From: a virus
Lineage: Duplodnaviria > Caudoviricetes
Strand: one strand, 5' to 3'
IMG/VR virus record: IMGVR_UViG_3300013426_000016
Location: 128,001 to 192,000 of that record
DNA: 64,000 bases
Each line of letters begins with the position of its first letter. Positions within the stretch are counted from its first letter, which is position 1. Shown piece by piece: positions 38,034-46,854 of this stretch. A program made the translations under genes and the position numbers. A model generated the notes under the pieces. The model did not search any database, was not told the origin of the DNA, and saw only the letters and a list, made by a program, of their open reading frames with translations.

Positions 38034-38988
38034 AAGTTTCCACTCACGTTTTAAATTTATTTAAGTCTTTTGGATATTGAGAAAGACTCTTAAAAGAAGA
38101 ATATTTCTCCCCTCACCACATTCTAACAATATCATCTTGCTCTCTTGTAGGTCTCTCTAAGAAAGATTCCCATACGGATTTAGAAATTATAGGCGGAGTA
38201 TAATTAAAGTCTTGTTGTATAAAGCCTATATGCTGAGGAGTAAGTGTCTCTGGATCTATTCCAGAATACAATTCCTCCATAATAAGAGAAGCTGGTCTAG
38301 AAGTAATCTTCCCTACAGCATTAATGGCTTTACCAAATACTTGAGGTAAACCTGTTCCACGCCCAGCTTTAATTACTTTATATGTATCTGTTAACTTCTT
38401 AACATAATTAGGATCTTCGGCATAACCACCAGCTTTTACTCGATCATAAAATTGATTCGGATCTCCAGTAAAGGCATTGTATCGTTTTCCATTTAAAAGG
38501 TCGATTTTAGCATTAACCCATTCATCTAAAGAGTTATAATTTCTAAATTTCTGAGAAATAGTATTTCCAAGACCATCTTTATCATTTCCCATTGTATAAG
38601 ACTGATCTCCTATAGCAGTAATATTACCATAATTATAATTTCCACTATACTTACTTCCATAAGCAGATTCTAAAGCATCCTGTGCAACAAGCATATAAGC
38701 ATAAGAAGGATCGAGTCCTTTAGCATTTAAAGCAGAAGAGTAAGCAGCATATAAGTCAGAAACAAATTCATCTCTATCTGTGTAGCGCTTGGACTGCTTC
38801 GGAGCAGTAGGTCTCTGTATAGTAGCTAAACCAGAAGTTGTTGTATAAGCCTTACTTGTTATTGGAGTTGTAATCTTTGGAAGAGTATACTCTTTGGAGG
38901 CGGATAAGGAAGTGTAATCTGGTAAAATATCCTCTTCATATTTATGTACACTTTGAGGAATATCTATAGTTTTTAAGTATTTTATCAT
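38017..38988 (-). CDS. Glucosaminidase (GH73/FlgJ-like) domain protein, 323 aa
   Basis: AQDALESAYG, NYGNI, FRNY and GYAEDPNY motifs; extended by 2 TGA. Confidence 0.8.
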
Positions 38989-39029
38989 AATGTAATGTTT
39001 TAAATAAATGCTAAGTTACTATAAAAATT

Positions 39030-40553
39030 TTATGATTCCAAATATATAGAAATAGCTTTTAAAGGAGTAAAATCATAAATATTAACTCTCTTACCATTGA
39101 TTCTATTCATACTTTTAGTATAGTATTGCGAAATTGAATTTAACACGGAGTCCGCTATAATTTTATTATTAAAATAAATAGGAAGAAGTATTTTACTTAT
39201 TTCTGCATAAGTTACTTTTAATGCTGGTAACTGTTTATATAGAGTTTTTAAAAGTTCTTTATTTTCTATTTTAACTTCACATTTTTCTTGCTGTGTAACA
39301 TTCTTAATAACGCTGATGGTATTATTAAATATTTTAGTAATAATATTAAAATTCTGTATATCTATCTTTTTAAGATTAGGATCATATATAACCTTATTTG
39401 ATTTAGCTCCTAAATATCTTATATGGTAATTTTCCGGATCACCACAATATAAATCATATTGTTTGTTTTGTGTAACTATCGAACTCTTATTAATATCTCT
39501 TTCAAATATAACAGCCTCATCTCTAAGTTTATCAGAATCCATCATAAACTCGGATTCTTGCTTATAATGCATATATCTATGATTACTGGTATTACATATA
39601 AATAACACCTCATCTTTATATGCCGAATCTCTCAATCTTCCGCATATTTGTATCATTAGTGTAGAAATATCTATAAGAGTTTGCGCTATATGAGTATCTG
39701 AAACTATTAAAGTTTTACCTACTGGATCATATATATCCACCCCTTCAAAAGCAGTAGCAGTATAAAAATTAAGTTTACAAACAGGGGAATTAATAGAAGA
39801 AACCTTTAATTGTCCACCAGAACGAAGATCCTTATTTTCAGCATCTTTAGAGCATATAGTACGAAAATTAACATCTTTAAGATCTTTTACGATAGTTCGG
39901 ATTGTGTTTATGGAATTAATAAATATATGCAAATTATAATCTTTTGATAAACACTTATTTACCTCTTTAAGAATTTCTTTTGTTGTAAAGTAAGTACTTC
40001 TAATTGTAATTTTCATTTTAACTGCCTGTGGCCAAGTAAGAGTAATGCGAGGAAGATCTTTAATTTCTTCAAGAATATTAAAATCCTCTAATGGAGTAGC
40101 AGTCATAAAACAAAAATCTCTAAACTTAGAATAATTATCTAATATATACTTTATAGGCTTGTATCTAAATGAATAGCTATTAAAGAGAATATGATACTCA
40201 TCTATTAATAAAAAGTAGTCAAAAGCTTTTTCTCCAAGTACATTAAGAATTTTAGGAAGGGAATCGTATGTTCCTATTAGTTTTTTATATTTGGAACGAG
40301 CCTGTAAAGCAAGAGACAAATCAGATTCAGAAATCTCGCCATATACTCCGATTAACTGCTTATATGCTGCACATTTATTTAATACGAGATTTATATTAGG
40401 TACTAATATAATAGAGTTTCTTTTACTTTCTATCTCCAAGGTAGTTCCTCCACAACCAGTAATACCTTTGTTAAAAAGACATCTAGAGGGAAGCTTAGAA
40501 AGCTCGTCAGAAAGAAATTTGGAAGTTGGTTTTACATTAATTGTTTGATTCAT
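39030..40553 (-). CDS. SF2 helicase-like / origin-binding-type protein
   Basis: TGCGGTT, LLIDEYH, MTATP, TAFEGVD and QICGRLR helicase motifs. Confidence 0.75.
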   Translation of the reverse strand: MNQTINVKPTSKFLSDELSKLPSRCLFNKGITGCGGTTLEIESKRNSIILVPNINLVLNKCAAYKQLIGVYGEISESDLSLALQARSKYKKLIGTYDSLPKILNVLGEKAFDYFLLIDEYHILFNSYSFRYKPIKYILDNYSKFRDFCFMTATPLEDFNILEEIKDLPRITLTWPQAVKMKITIRSTYFTTKEILKEVNKCLSKDYNLHIFINSINTIRTIVKDLKDVNFRTICSKDAENKDLRSGGQLKVSSINSPVCKLNFYTATAFEGVDIYDPVGKTLIVSDTHIAQTLIDISTLMIQICGRLRDSAYKDEVLFICNTSNHRYMHYKQESEFMMDSDKLRDEAVIFERDINKSSIVTQNKQYDLYCGDPENYHIRYLGAKSNKVIYDPNLKKIDIQNFNIITKIFNNTISVIKNVTQQEKCEVKIENKELLKTLYKQLPALKVTYAEISKILLPIYFNNKIIADSVLNSISQYYTKSMNRINGKRVNIYDFTPLKAISIYLES

Positions 40554-40965
40554 AATAATTTAATTAAATTTAAAGGTGAAAAAGATTTTATACTGCAAGG
40601 GGGGGAGTGTCAAAAGTCTTATATAACTGTCAAACCCCCCCTTTGCACCTTCAAATTTAATACTTATTTTTCTTAAATACAAATAAGAAAACATAAAAAA
40701 CCAATTAAATAAATTAATATGAGTTGAAAATAAATTGATAACTAACTATACTTAATATATTTAATATACTTAATAGATTTAATGAACTAGACTTAATGGC
40801 TTGTAAAGAGGGATGAGGATATGTTATACGAGGAGAGACACTCTACTAAAAACACCCCGGGGCCTAATGAAAGGGAAAATCGATTTCAATTTGCTTACCT
40901 TTCCAAAATTTTAGGAAATCAAATTTACTAAGACTCTCCTTATACGTAAGTAAATTTAATTAGAT

Positions 40966-41184
40966 ATGAGAGTACTATATCATTGTGAATTTCGTTCTCC
41001 ATCTAAGAGATTGGTGGAGAACAAAGAAATTGAGATCAAAGATCTTATTACGACATTTGACCACATTAAAGAGGACAATCCTGCTTTCCTTTCTTATTTC
41101 GTTGAGGAAGGAAAGCAATATATGCGTGCTCAGTATTCCGCCAACGGTGGAGAGTGGCAAGAGTCCTGGACAGAAATAAAATAG
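40966..41184 (+). CDS. Early hypothetical protein
   Basis: 72 aa ORF after the ACTAAGAC motif, followed by a GAAA hairpin. Confidence 0.55.
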   Translation: MRVLYHCEFRSPSKRLVENKEIEIKDLITTFDHIKEDNPAFLSYFVEEGKQYMRAQYSANGGEWQESWTEIK

Positions 41185-41237
41185 GGGAAACCCTATTTTA
41201 TTTTTCTTTAAATAACTAAGACTCTCTTCTTAGGGAT

Positions 41238-41708
41238 ATGAACGAACAATTCGTACCGTTTGGCGCGACCATAGTGGCCGACGCTGACCGGGAGTCCGTA
41301 CTCCGCAACTCCCACAACAAAGGCGGATTCAAGTTCTTCGGAGACGAGAAGATCGTCTTCGGAGACCGGGTTTTCTCAAAGCCTGTCCTCGATGAGAACG
41401 GGCAGCAGAGAACCCGTAACGGTAAGCCGTTGATCTCGGTCTCCATACAGGCCGAGGTGAATGGCCAGGAGGTGGCACTCTCAATGAGTACATTCGCCAC
41501 CTTCCCGAAGGGTCTAGAGGGGATAGACCAATATCCCTTCATGAAGAAGCTGGTTCAATGCGCCAGCGACTTCGAGCGGTATCAGCTGCTCAAGGATAAG
41601 ACCTTTACCGTCAGCATCTTCCACGGCCAGGGCATCGACTGGCTGAAAAGCACCGAGAAAGAGCGTGTCTATAGGGACCGTGACTTCCCGATGCTGAAGG
41701 AAGCCTAA
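41238..41708 (+). CDS. Early hypothetical protein
   Basis: 156 aa, GC-richer ORF flanked by the motif and a hairpin. Confidence 0.65.
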   Translation: MNEQFVPFGATIVADADRESVLRNSHNKGGFKFFGDEKIVFGDRVFSKPVLDENGQQRTRNGKPLISVSIQAEVNGQEVALSMSTFATFPKGLEGIDQYPFMKKLVQCASDFERYQLLKDKTFTVSIFHGQGIDWLKSTEKERVYRDRDFPMLKEA

Positions 41709-42177
41709 CGAAAAAAGAGAGGGGAAACCCTCTCTCTTTTTTCTTCCAAAATAACTAAGACCCAACCAAGAGGCACATCCTCTTAGCAACACCTTATTGA
41801 CTAAGACCCATACACTACTTAGCGTAGTACACCACGGAGATTGAATGATTTTCCGCACGTGGTCACTACACTATCATTACTAAAAAACTAGCTACTACAT
41901 GATTGGAGCGTAGTGTAGTAGTGATTAAAACTTCCGGTATATGTAGGTTAACCGGGCTCCATATGTAACCCTTGCTCGTTGGGTTAATACGGGTCACAAG
42001 TCTTCCCAAAGAGACGTGTAGCTTTGGGGTCTCTTACAACATAAGGAAGGGTGTTGTAAAGGGTCATGTTACCTTCTGAGGACTTATAGGTGACTCCTAT
42101 AAGTGGGTACTCCATTAGTTCGTCAGCTAATAACGGAGTACGCCCCTATTGTGGATGCATACATAATAGGGTTTTAT

Positions 42178-42250
42178 AGCGGGATAGAGCAGAGGTCAGC
42201 TTGCCAGTCTCATAAACTGGAGGTCGGTGGTTCGAATCCATCTCCCGCTA
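42178..42250 (+). tRNA. tRNA-Met (CAT)
   Basis: Acceptor AGCGGGA/TCCCGCT; anticodon arm CCAGT-CTCATAA-ACTGG; T loop TTCGAAT. Confidence 0.92.
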
Positions 42251-42322
42251 CTAATGTTTGTTGATTGGTCCAAGTCAAAGACTGTCGTGAGATACTCTTT
42301 GATTTTTAATCTTTTTTTTATT

Positions 42323-42736
42323 ATGAAGACAGTAGATCAAGTAATGACATGGTTAGTCTACCAAGGTATTTATAACAAGGTTATCAAATACCTAAAAGAC
42401 AATGGAACAACTCTTGAAGAGGCTCTTAAAGAAGAGGGAGAAAATCTTCTTTTGAATGGCGTTTGTTGGGTTAATACCAAAGAGAGTGATGCTTCTTGGG
42501 AAAAGAGTGTTGCTTTTTGGGAAGAGAAGAATATGCTTTTTAAAAGGTTTTATTGTTCTCCGAAAACTTTTGTATGTTTTCATGAAGCCATAGTAGTAGC
42601 TACTATATGGAAGCAGGATGATATGAAAGTAACTGAAGAGCAGCTTCTTGCAAAATGTCCAGAAGCAGACTATGCAATTATTGACGATGAGGTTTGTTAC
42701 TTGTATAAGACAGGTATAACCATCTCGGAGATCTAA
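42323..42736 (+). CDS. Hypothetical protein
   Basis: ATG 42323 (MKTVDQ); the ORF-track N-terminal extension overlaps the tRNA. Confidence 0.6.
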   Translation: MKTVDQVMTWLVYQGIYNKVIKYLKDNGTTLEEALKEEGENLLLNGVCWVNTKESDASWEKSVAFWEEKNMLFKRFYCSPKTFVCFHEAIVVATIWKQDDMKVTEEQLLAKCPEADYAIIDDEVCYLYKTGITISEI

Positions 42737-42837
42737 AGAAATCCCAGGGAAAAATTTCTCTGGGATTTTTTTAAAAATATTTGGAAATGTCAAATATTTT
42801 TTTATCGCGCGCGCGTGCGTATATAATAATAGGTATA

Positions 42838-42891
42838 TCGAGTCAGTGCTGAGCACTCTGAAGAGTCTTTGAAAATTAAGACGAAACTCGG
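42838..42891 (+). ncRNA. Hammerhead ribozyme (type III)
   Basis: Stem III CGAG/CTCG; GUC cleavage triplet (cut after 42844); stem I AGTGC-TGA-GCACT; CTGAAGA core; stem II GTCTT/AAGAC; GAAA. Confidence 0.9.
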
Positions 42892-42921
42892 CAAGAAGTT
42901 TAATATTTAATTTAAGTAAAA

Positions 42922-43395
42922 ATGCTTGAAGTAAGTAATTTTCCTATACTGGCAGGAAGTAATGAAAGGCCAGTAACAACTATCGCAGCAGATAAGCTGA
43001 AAGAAGTCGGAGCAAATAATGGAGCATTTGCTCTTCACACAGATGATGTTGTCGAATTCTTCGATGATGAGCCTATGGTTATCAGTCAGAAGATTCGTAA
43101 CACTGCTAACTCTCCTGTAGCCTATTATGTAGGCGTAAAGAGGAACGGGAAACCTTCATGGCTTCCAGTAGGCTGGTTCACTCGTAGAGATGCAAAGGGT
43201 GATCCTATCGGTAAGTTCCAAGAGATAAATATGAAGTGTCCTAACTTCGGAGAGGTATATGCTATCTGGAGAGGTAAGACCATTAAAGGTGGTCCTATGA
43301 AGGTACATCAGATGGCGAAGTTTGATCAGCAGACTGGTCAGCGTATCGAAGGAGAAACTCGTCCTCAGTCATTCTCAGAGGTTATCTTTGAGTAA
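42922..43395 (+). CDS. Early hypothetical protein
   Basis: 157 aa ORF directly downstream of the hammerhead. Confidence 0.7.
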   Translation: MLEVSNFPILAGSNERPVTTIAADKLKEVGANNGAFALHTDDVVEFFDDEPMVISQKIRNTANSPVAYYVGVKRNGKPSWLPVGWFTRRDAKGDPIGKFQEINMKCPNFGEVYAIWRGKTIKGGPMKVHQMAKFDQQTGQRIEGETRPQSFSEVIFE

Positions 43396-43556
43396 TGACT
43401 GTCTACGGGCATCTAGAAGGTAATACCCTCATATCTAACGCTGGAGTATTTAAAGTTACTCAGTGTTTAGATATTGAGGGTGATGCCTATTTTGAAATTA
43501 AATACTACTGTGACGCTTTTGGTTTGCCTTTTTATGTGGTTTGCAATGTATTGTAG
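43395..43556 (+). CDS. Small hypothetical protein (53 aa)
   Basis: TAATG coupling to the upstream gene; MTVYGHLEGN...VCNVL*. Confidence 0.45.
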   Translation: MTVYGHLEGNTLISNAGVFKVTQCLDIEGDAYFEIKYYCDAFGLPFYVVCNVL

Positions 43557-43583
43557 TTCGTTCATATATGCCACAGTAGTAAC

Positions 43584-43620
43584 AAAAAAGCCCTCGTTGT
43601 GATAACAAGGGCTTTTTTAT
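43584..43620. terminator. Bidirectional terminator
   Basis: AAAAAAGCCCT...AGGGCTTTTT between convergent genes. Confidence 0.6.
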
Positions 43621-43664
43621 TAATTTCCATATAAGGAAAAATTTTGGTGTAGAATACTGTTTTA

Positions 43665-44108
43665 TTAAGAAAGATCGAAAGTAATACGAAGTTCTGTATT
43701 TTTTAATAAATCTTTTCTAGCAGTTAAATCTCCTTTTCAAAAGATTTGGGGATTGATTAAATAAGATCCGTTCTCTCCAGAAATAAGTTTAAGAGTTTTT
43801 AAGGTTTTAAGATAGTTACTAATAGAGTTAGTAGCTAATCCTAATGTAGTATGAATCTCTTTCCTATCAGCAGTAGTAAGGGAAACTTTTCCTGTATTAA
43901 ACTCTGCATGTTGACACATCCATATGAGAAGATTTTTAGCACCTTCTGGCTTTAATCCAAATAAAGGACTAACATAGTCTATGAAAGTCATATAAAAAGA
44001 ATCTTCTGTCACTTTGGTAGTAAAAGTTCTCGAAGAATCTATTTTTACTACTTCTCCGGTTTGGGAATCTACAATTTCCCGTTGTACAATTTGTTGTAAT
44101 TTTGGCAT
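43665..44108 (-). CDS. RepL-like winged-HTH protein, 147 aa
   Basis: FYMTF..AEFNTGKVSL..Y.INPQIF[W]KGDL; the paralog has TGG at this position. Confidence 0.75.
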
Positions 44109-44188
44109 AATTTTTTTATTTAAAGTTACAAAAATTTTTGTACAAAAACAAATGAATATGTATAATTTACATTTTTTTTTGTAAAATA

Positions 44189-44236
44189 TTCATGTCACAT
44201 GTAAAATGTTCATGTCACATGAATATTATTCATGTG
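44189..44236. repeat. Iteron-like repeats TTCATGT(CACATG), 20-bp period
   Basis: Three copies upstream of the RepL-like gene. Confidence 0.6.
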
Positions 44237-44373
44237 TGGTGTACATAAAAAAATGTACATCTCGGTATTTTACAGATTCTCAGAAAGTTATAGGGTTTTG
44301 TTAGTTTTCCCCCTTCTTATATTATTGGTAAACATATAAAGAGAAAGAAAATTAAAAAGGATATTCTTTTTTA

Positions 44374-44883
44374 TTAATATTTTGGAGGATCTTGTGAAAG
44401 AGAGGGATCTTCATAAGAAGATTGAAAAGTGATAATTAAATCTTTTCTTTTCTTTAAATCTCCTTTCCAAAACATTTCTGGATTAATAGTATAATCTCCT
44501 TTTACTGGTTTAATTTCTCCTGTAGAAGAGTTTACTACAGTTTCTTGAAAAAGAGCTTTATTCTCAATGAGTTGATTAAGTGCTTGTGTAAAAGAACTTT
44601 TTTTAATTCCAAGTTCTTCCATAATAGTAACTCGTCTTCCCGGAGAAAGTGATACTTTTCCTGTTTCTCATTCTGCAAATTCTAAAAGTTTATAAAGAAC
44701 TTTTAAAGGAGTAATACTTTTGATTCCATACATTCAACCCACACAGTTAACGAAGGTCATATAAAATTTATCTTCGTCATCTACTTTGAAATTAATCTTT
44801 TTTTCGATAGTTTGAACTCTCGCTCTTCCGCATTCATCATAAAGTGTTCTTTCGGAAGAAAATGTTGTGTACTTTTTAGACAT
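44374..44883 (-). CDS. RepL-like winged-HTH protein, 169 aa (2 TGA)
   Basis: FYMTF..AE[W]ETGKVSL..YTINPEMFWKGDL. Confidence 0.75.
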
Positions 44884-44928
44884 TTTTAAATTTTGTTTAA
44901 TTAAAATAATCTTTTGTTTATACAAAAA

Positions 44929-45040
44929 TAAACAAAGTTTACAACTTAAACAAACAAAGTTTAAAAAAAAGTAAACAAAGTTAGCTCAAAACAGTCGTTA
45001 GTTAGCTCAGAACAACCAAAAGTTAGCTCAAAACAACCAT
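44929..45040. repeat. Iteron-like repeats AAACAAAGTT and AGTTAGCTCARAAC (21-bp period)
   Basis: Three plus three copies upstream of the second RepL-like gene. Confidence 0.6.
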
Positions 45041-45125
45041 ATTTTTTTGTTAAGAAACTGATTTAAAAGCAGTTGTGTATTTTTCTCTTCTAATCTAATT
45101 AGCAAACATATAAAGAGAAAGAAAA

Positions 45126-45857
45126 TTAAAAAGGATATTCTTTTTGTATTCTTGGTAAGAGTTGTTTTTTAAGTTCTTCAAGTTCTCTAAGAAGAAGTTC
45201 TTTATCTTTCTTAAGACTTGCGATTTCTTTTTCTGTTTCAGAAATACGCCATTCATGGTCATTTAAAGCAAAAACTATGGCTTGCCCTATTTTATTTAAG
45301 TTATATATAGTCTCTTTGTTTATTAGACCTGTTTCTGGATTTTTAGTCTTAAGTGTAACTTGAGTAGCAAAACCTTTCTCTATAAGAGAAGAAGTTGTTT
45401 TTGCTATTGTATGCCGATTAAGTCCTGTTTTTTCAGCTAATTCATTATCTGAATAAGAGACTTTTCCAATACCATTTTCTTTAAACATAAACTGTTGAGT
45501 ACAAAGAATTTGTAGTTTTTCAGCTTTTGTTAACTCAGGATTATCTAAAAATTCATAACTAAAAGGTTCAAAGGACTTTTCGTTATTAAAAGTATAGATT
45601 GTTCCAATACCAGGATTTATTTCGACAGACATATATCCTTTATTTACAATTTGTTGTATTATCTTTCTAATTGTTGGTATAGAGCAGCCAGTATCTTTTT
45701 GAATTCTATCTAAAGATGGATATGCTTTCATTGTAGTTTTATTCATATATCGCCTAAGTGCTACATATACCAAGATCTCATATTTTTGTAGTAATTCTCC
45801 ATTTTCTTTCTTTGGAAGAACTACAAATTGTGTAGTTGTGTGTTTATTTGTTTCCAT
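45126..45857 (-). CDS. Tandem HTH (replication-initiator-like) protein
   Basis: AYPSLDRIQKDTGCSIPTIRK and a second HTH (LAEKTGLNRHTI); C-terminal coiled coil. Confidence 0.7.
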   Translation of the reverse strand: METNKHTTTQFVVLPKKENGELLQKYEILVYVALRRYMNKTTMKAYPSLDRIQKDTGCSIPTIRKIIQQIVNKGYMSVEINPGIGTIYTFNNEKSFEPFSYEFLDNPELTKAEKLQILCTQQFMFKENGIGKVSYSDNELAEKTGLNRHTIAKTTSSLIEKGFATQVTLKTKNPETGLINKETIYNLNKIGQAIVFALNDHEWRISETEKEIASLKKDKELLLRELEELKKQLLPRIQKEYPF

Positions 45858-45943
45858 ATTTCATATTTTTAATCATATGCAAATGTAGGAAATAAAATGA
45901 ACATATAAAAATATTTTTCTATTTTTATGCCCTATTTTCAGGG

Positions 45944-46069
45944 CATTGGCTATATTTTTCAGACCATTGGCTAAAAAGTACCTGACCATTGGCTATATTT
46001 TTCAGACCATTGGCTATATTTTTCAACGAACTATACTTAATACTATACTTAATCGTAACTATACTTAAT
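45944..46069. repeat. Iteron-like repeats CATTGGCTA x4 (21-22 bp period) plus CTATACTTAAT x3
   Basis: Directly visible upstream of the HTH gene at a strand switch. Confidence 0.65.
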
Positions 46070-46077
46070 CGCGATTT

Positions 46078-46329
46078 ATGAAATATATCCTCAAAACAAA
46101 AGTTAGATTTCTAGGTATCTCTAACGTTCAGTATTTCCTCTTATCTGTAGAATCAGATGCATTTACAATCCAAGAACTTTCACGTAAAGAAGCTTGTGAT
46201 TATATAGAGGAAAATAATCTTCCGAAAGTATTCTCGTCTCCAGACGGGTCAATATATACAAATAATGGAAAAGATCTATTGTCTTCTCCACTTCTTCAAC
46301 AAATATACGAGAAATTAGATGCAATCTAA
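46078..46329 (+). CDS. Hypothetical protein
   Basis: 83 aa ORF starting a + strand operon. Confidence 0.55.
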   Translation: MKYILKTKVRFLGISNVQYFLLSVESDAFTIQELSRKEACDYIEENNLPKVFSSPDGSIYTNNGKDLLSSPLLQQIYEKLDAI

Positions 46330-46675
46330 ATCGGCTCCCTCTACATCTAGGATGAATGAAGCCACAATCTCTCTCCTTACTAAAGTGTTTGGGTATCTAC
46401 ATCATTGTAATACCTTTCAGTCCTTTGAAGACCTTCTTAAAGGTGCTTCTATCTCTCCAGCTTATGTGTCTCGAATTAAATCCGTAGCCATAGACTGTCA
46501 CATCCTTATAAAACAGGGAAATAAAGTGAAATATCGTAGTGGACTTACAAAGCCATCTAAGAAGATGATTATTAACCTTATAGATAATGAGGTTAGACCT
46601 ACTAGACTCTCACAATTCTCTGATAAATCAATAATTCGTGAACTTGCCTTTAGAGGCTACAAAATCTCAAAATAA
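46319..46675 (+). CDS. Hypothetical protein
   Basis: 118 aa; C-terminal LSQFSD..IIRELAFRGY motif. Confidence 0.6.
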   Translation: MQSKSAPSTSRMNEATISLLTKVFGYLHHCNTFQSFEDLLKGASISPAYVSRIKSVAIDCHILIKQGNKVKYRSGLTKPSKKMIINLIDNEVRPTRLSQFSDKSIIRELAFRGYKISK

Positions 46676-46854
46676 TGAAAGGAATTACAATCTATCGCCG
46701 TGACTTTACTCGGCCGATGACTAAAGAAGAAGAACAACTTGCAAAAAAATATCATGTCGATGAATTTCGTCTCTCCACCCCTTTTAGATTGACTGAAATT
46801 GCAGCAATTCCGGGTCATAAAATGATTAAAGAAGAGGCAGGAAATGAACGCTAA
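46675..46854 (+). CDS. Small hypothetical protein (59 aa)
   Basis: TAATG-coupled ORF filling the gap before clpP. Confidence 0.5.
   Translation: MKGITIYRRDFTRPMTKEEEQLAKKYHVDEFRLSTPFRLTEIAAIPGHKMIKEEAGNER

Noticed and set aside
42251-42320. HDV-like (theta) ribozyme after tRNAs
   Set aside because: I could not build the nested double pseudoknot downstream of any tRNA; only a simple hairpin is present.
3038-44883. Mass pseudogenisation or selenocysteine as the explanation for in-frame stops
   Set aside because: The interruptions are all TGA, keep frame in essential genes, and align with Trp rather than Cys in paralogs.
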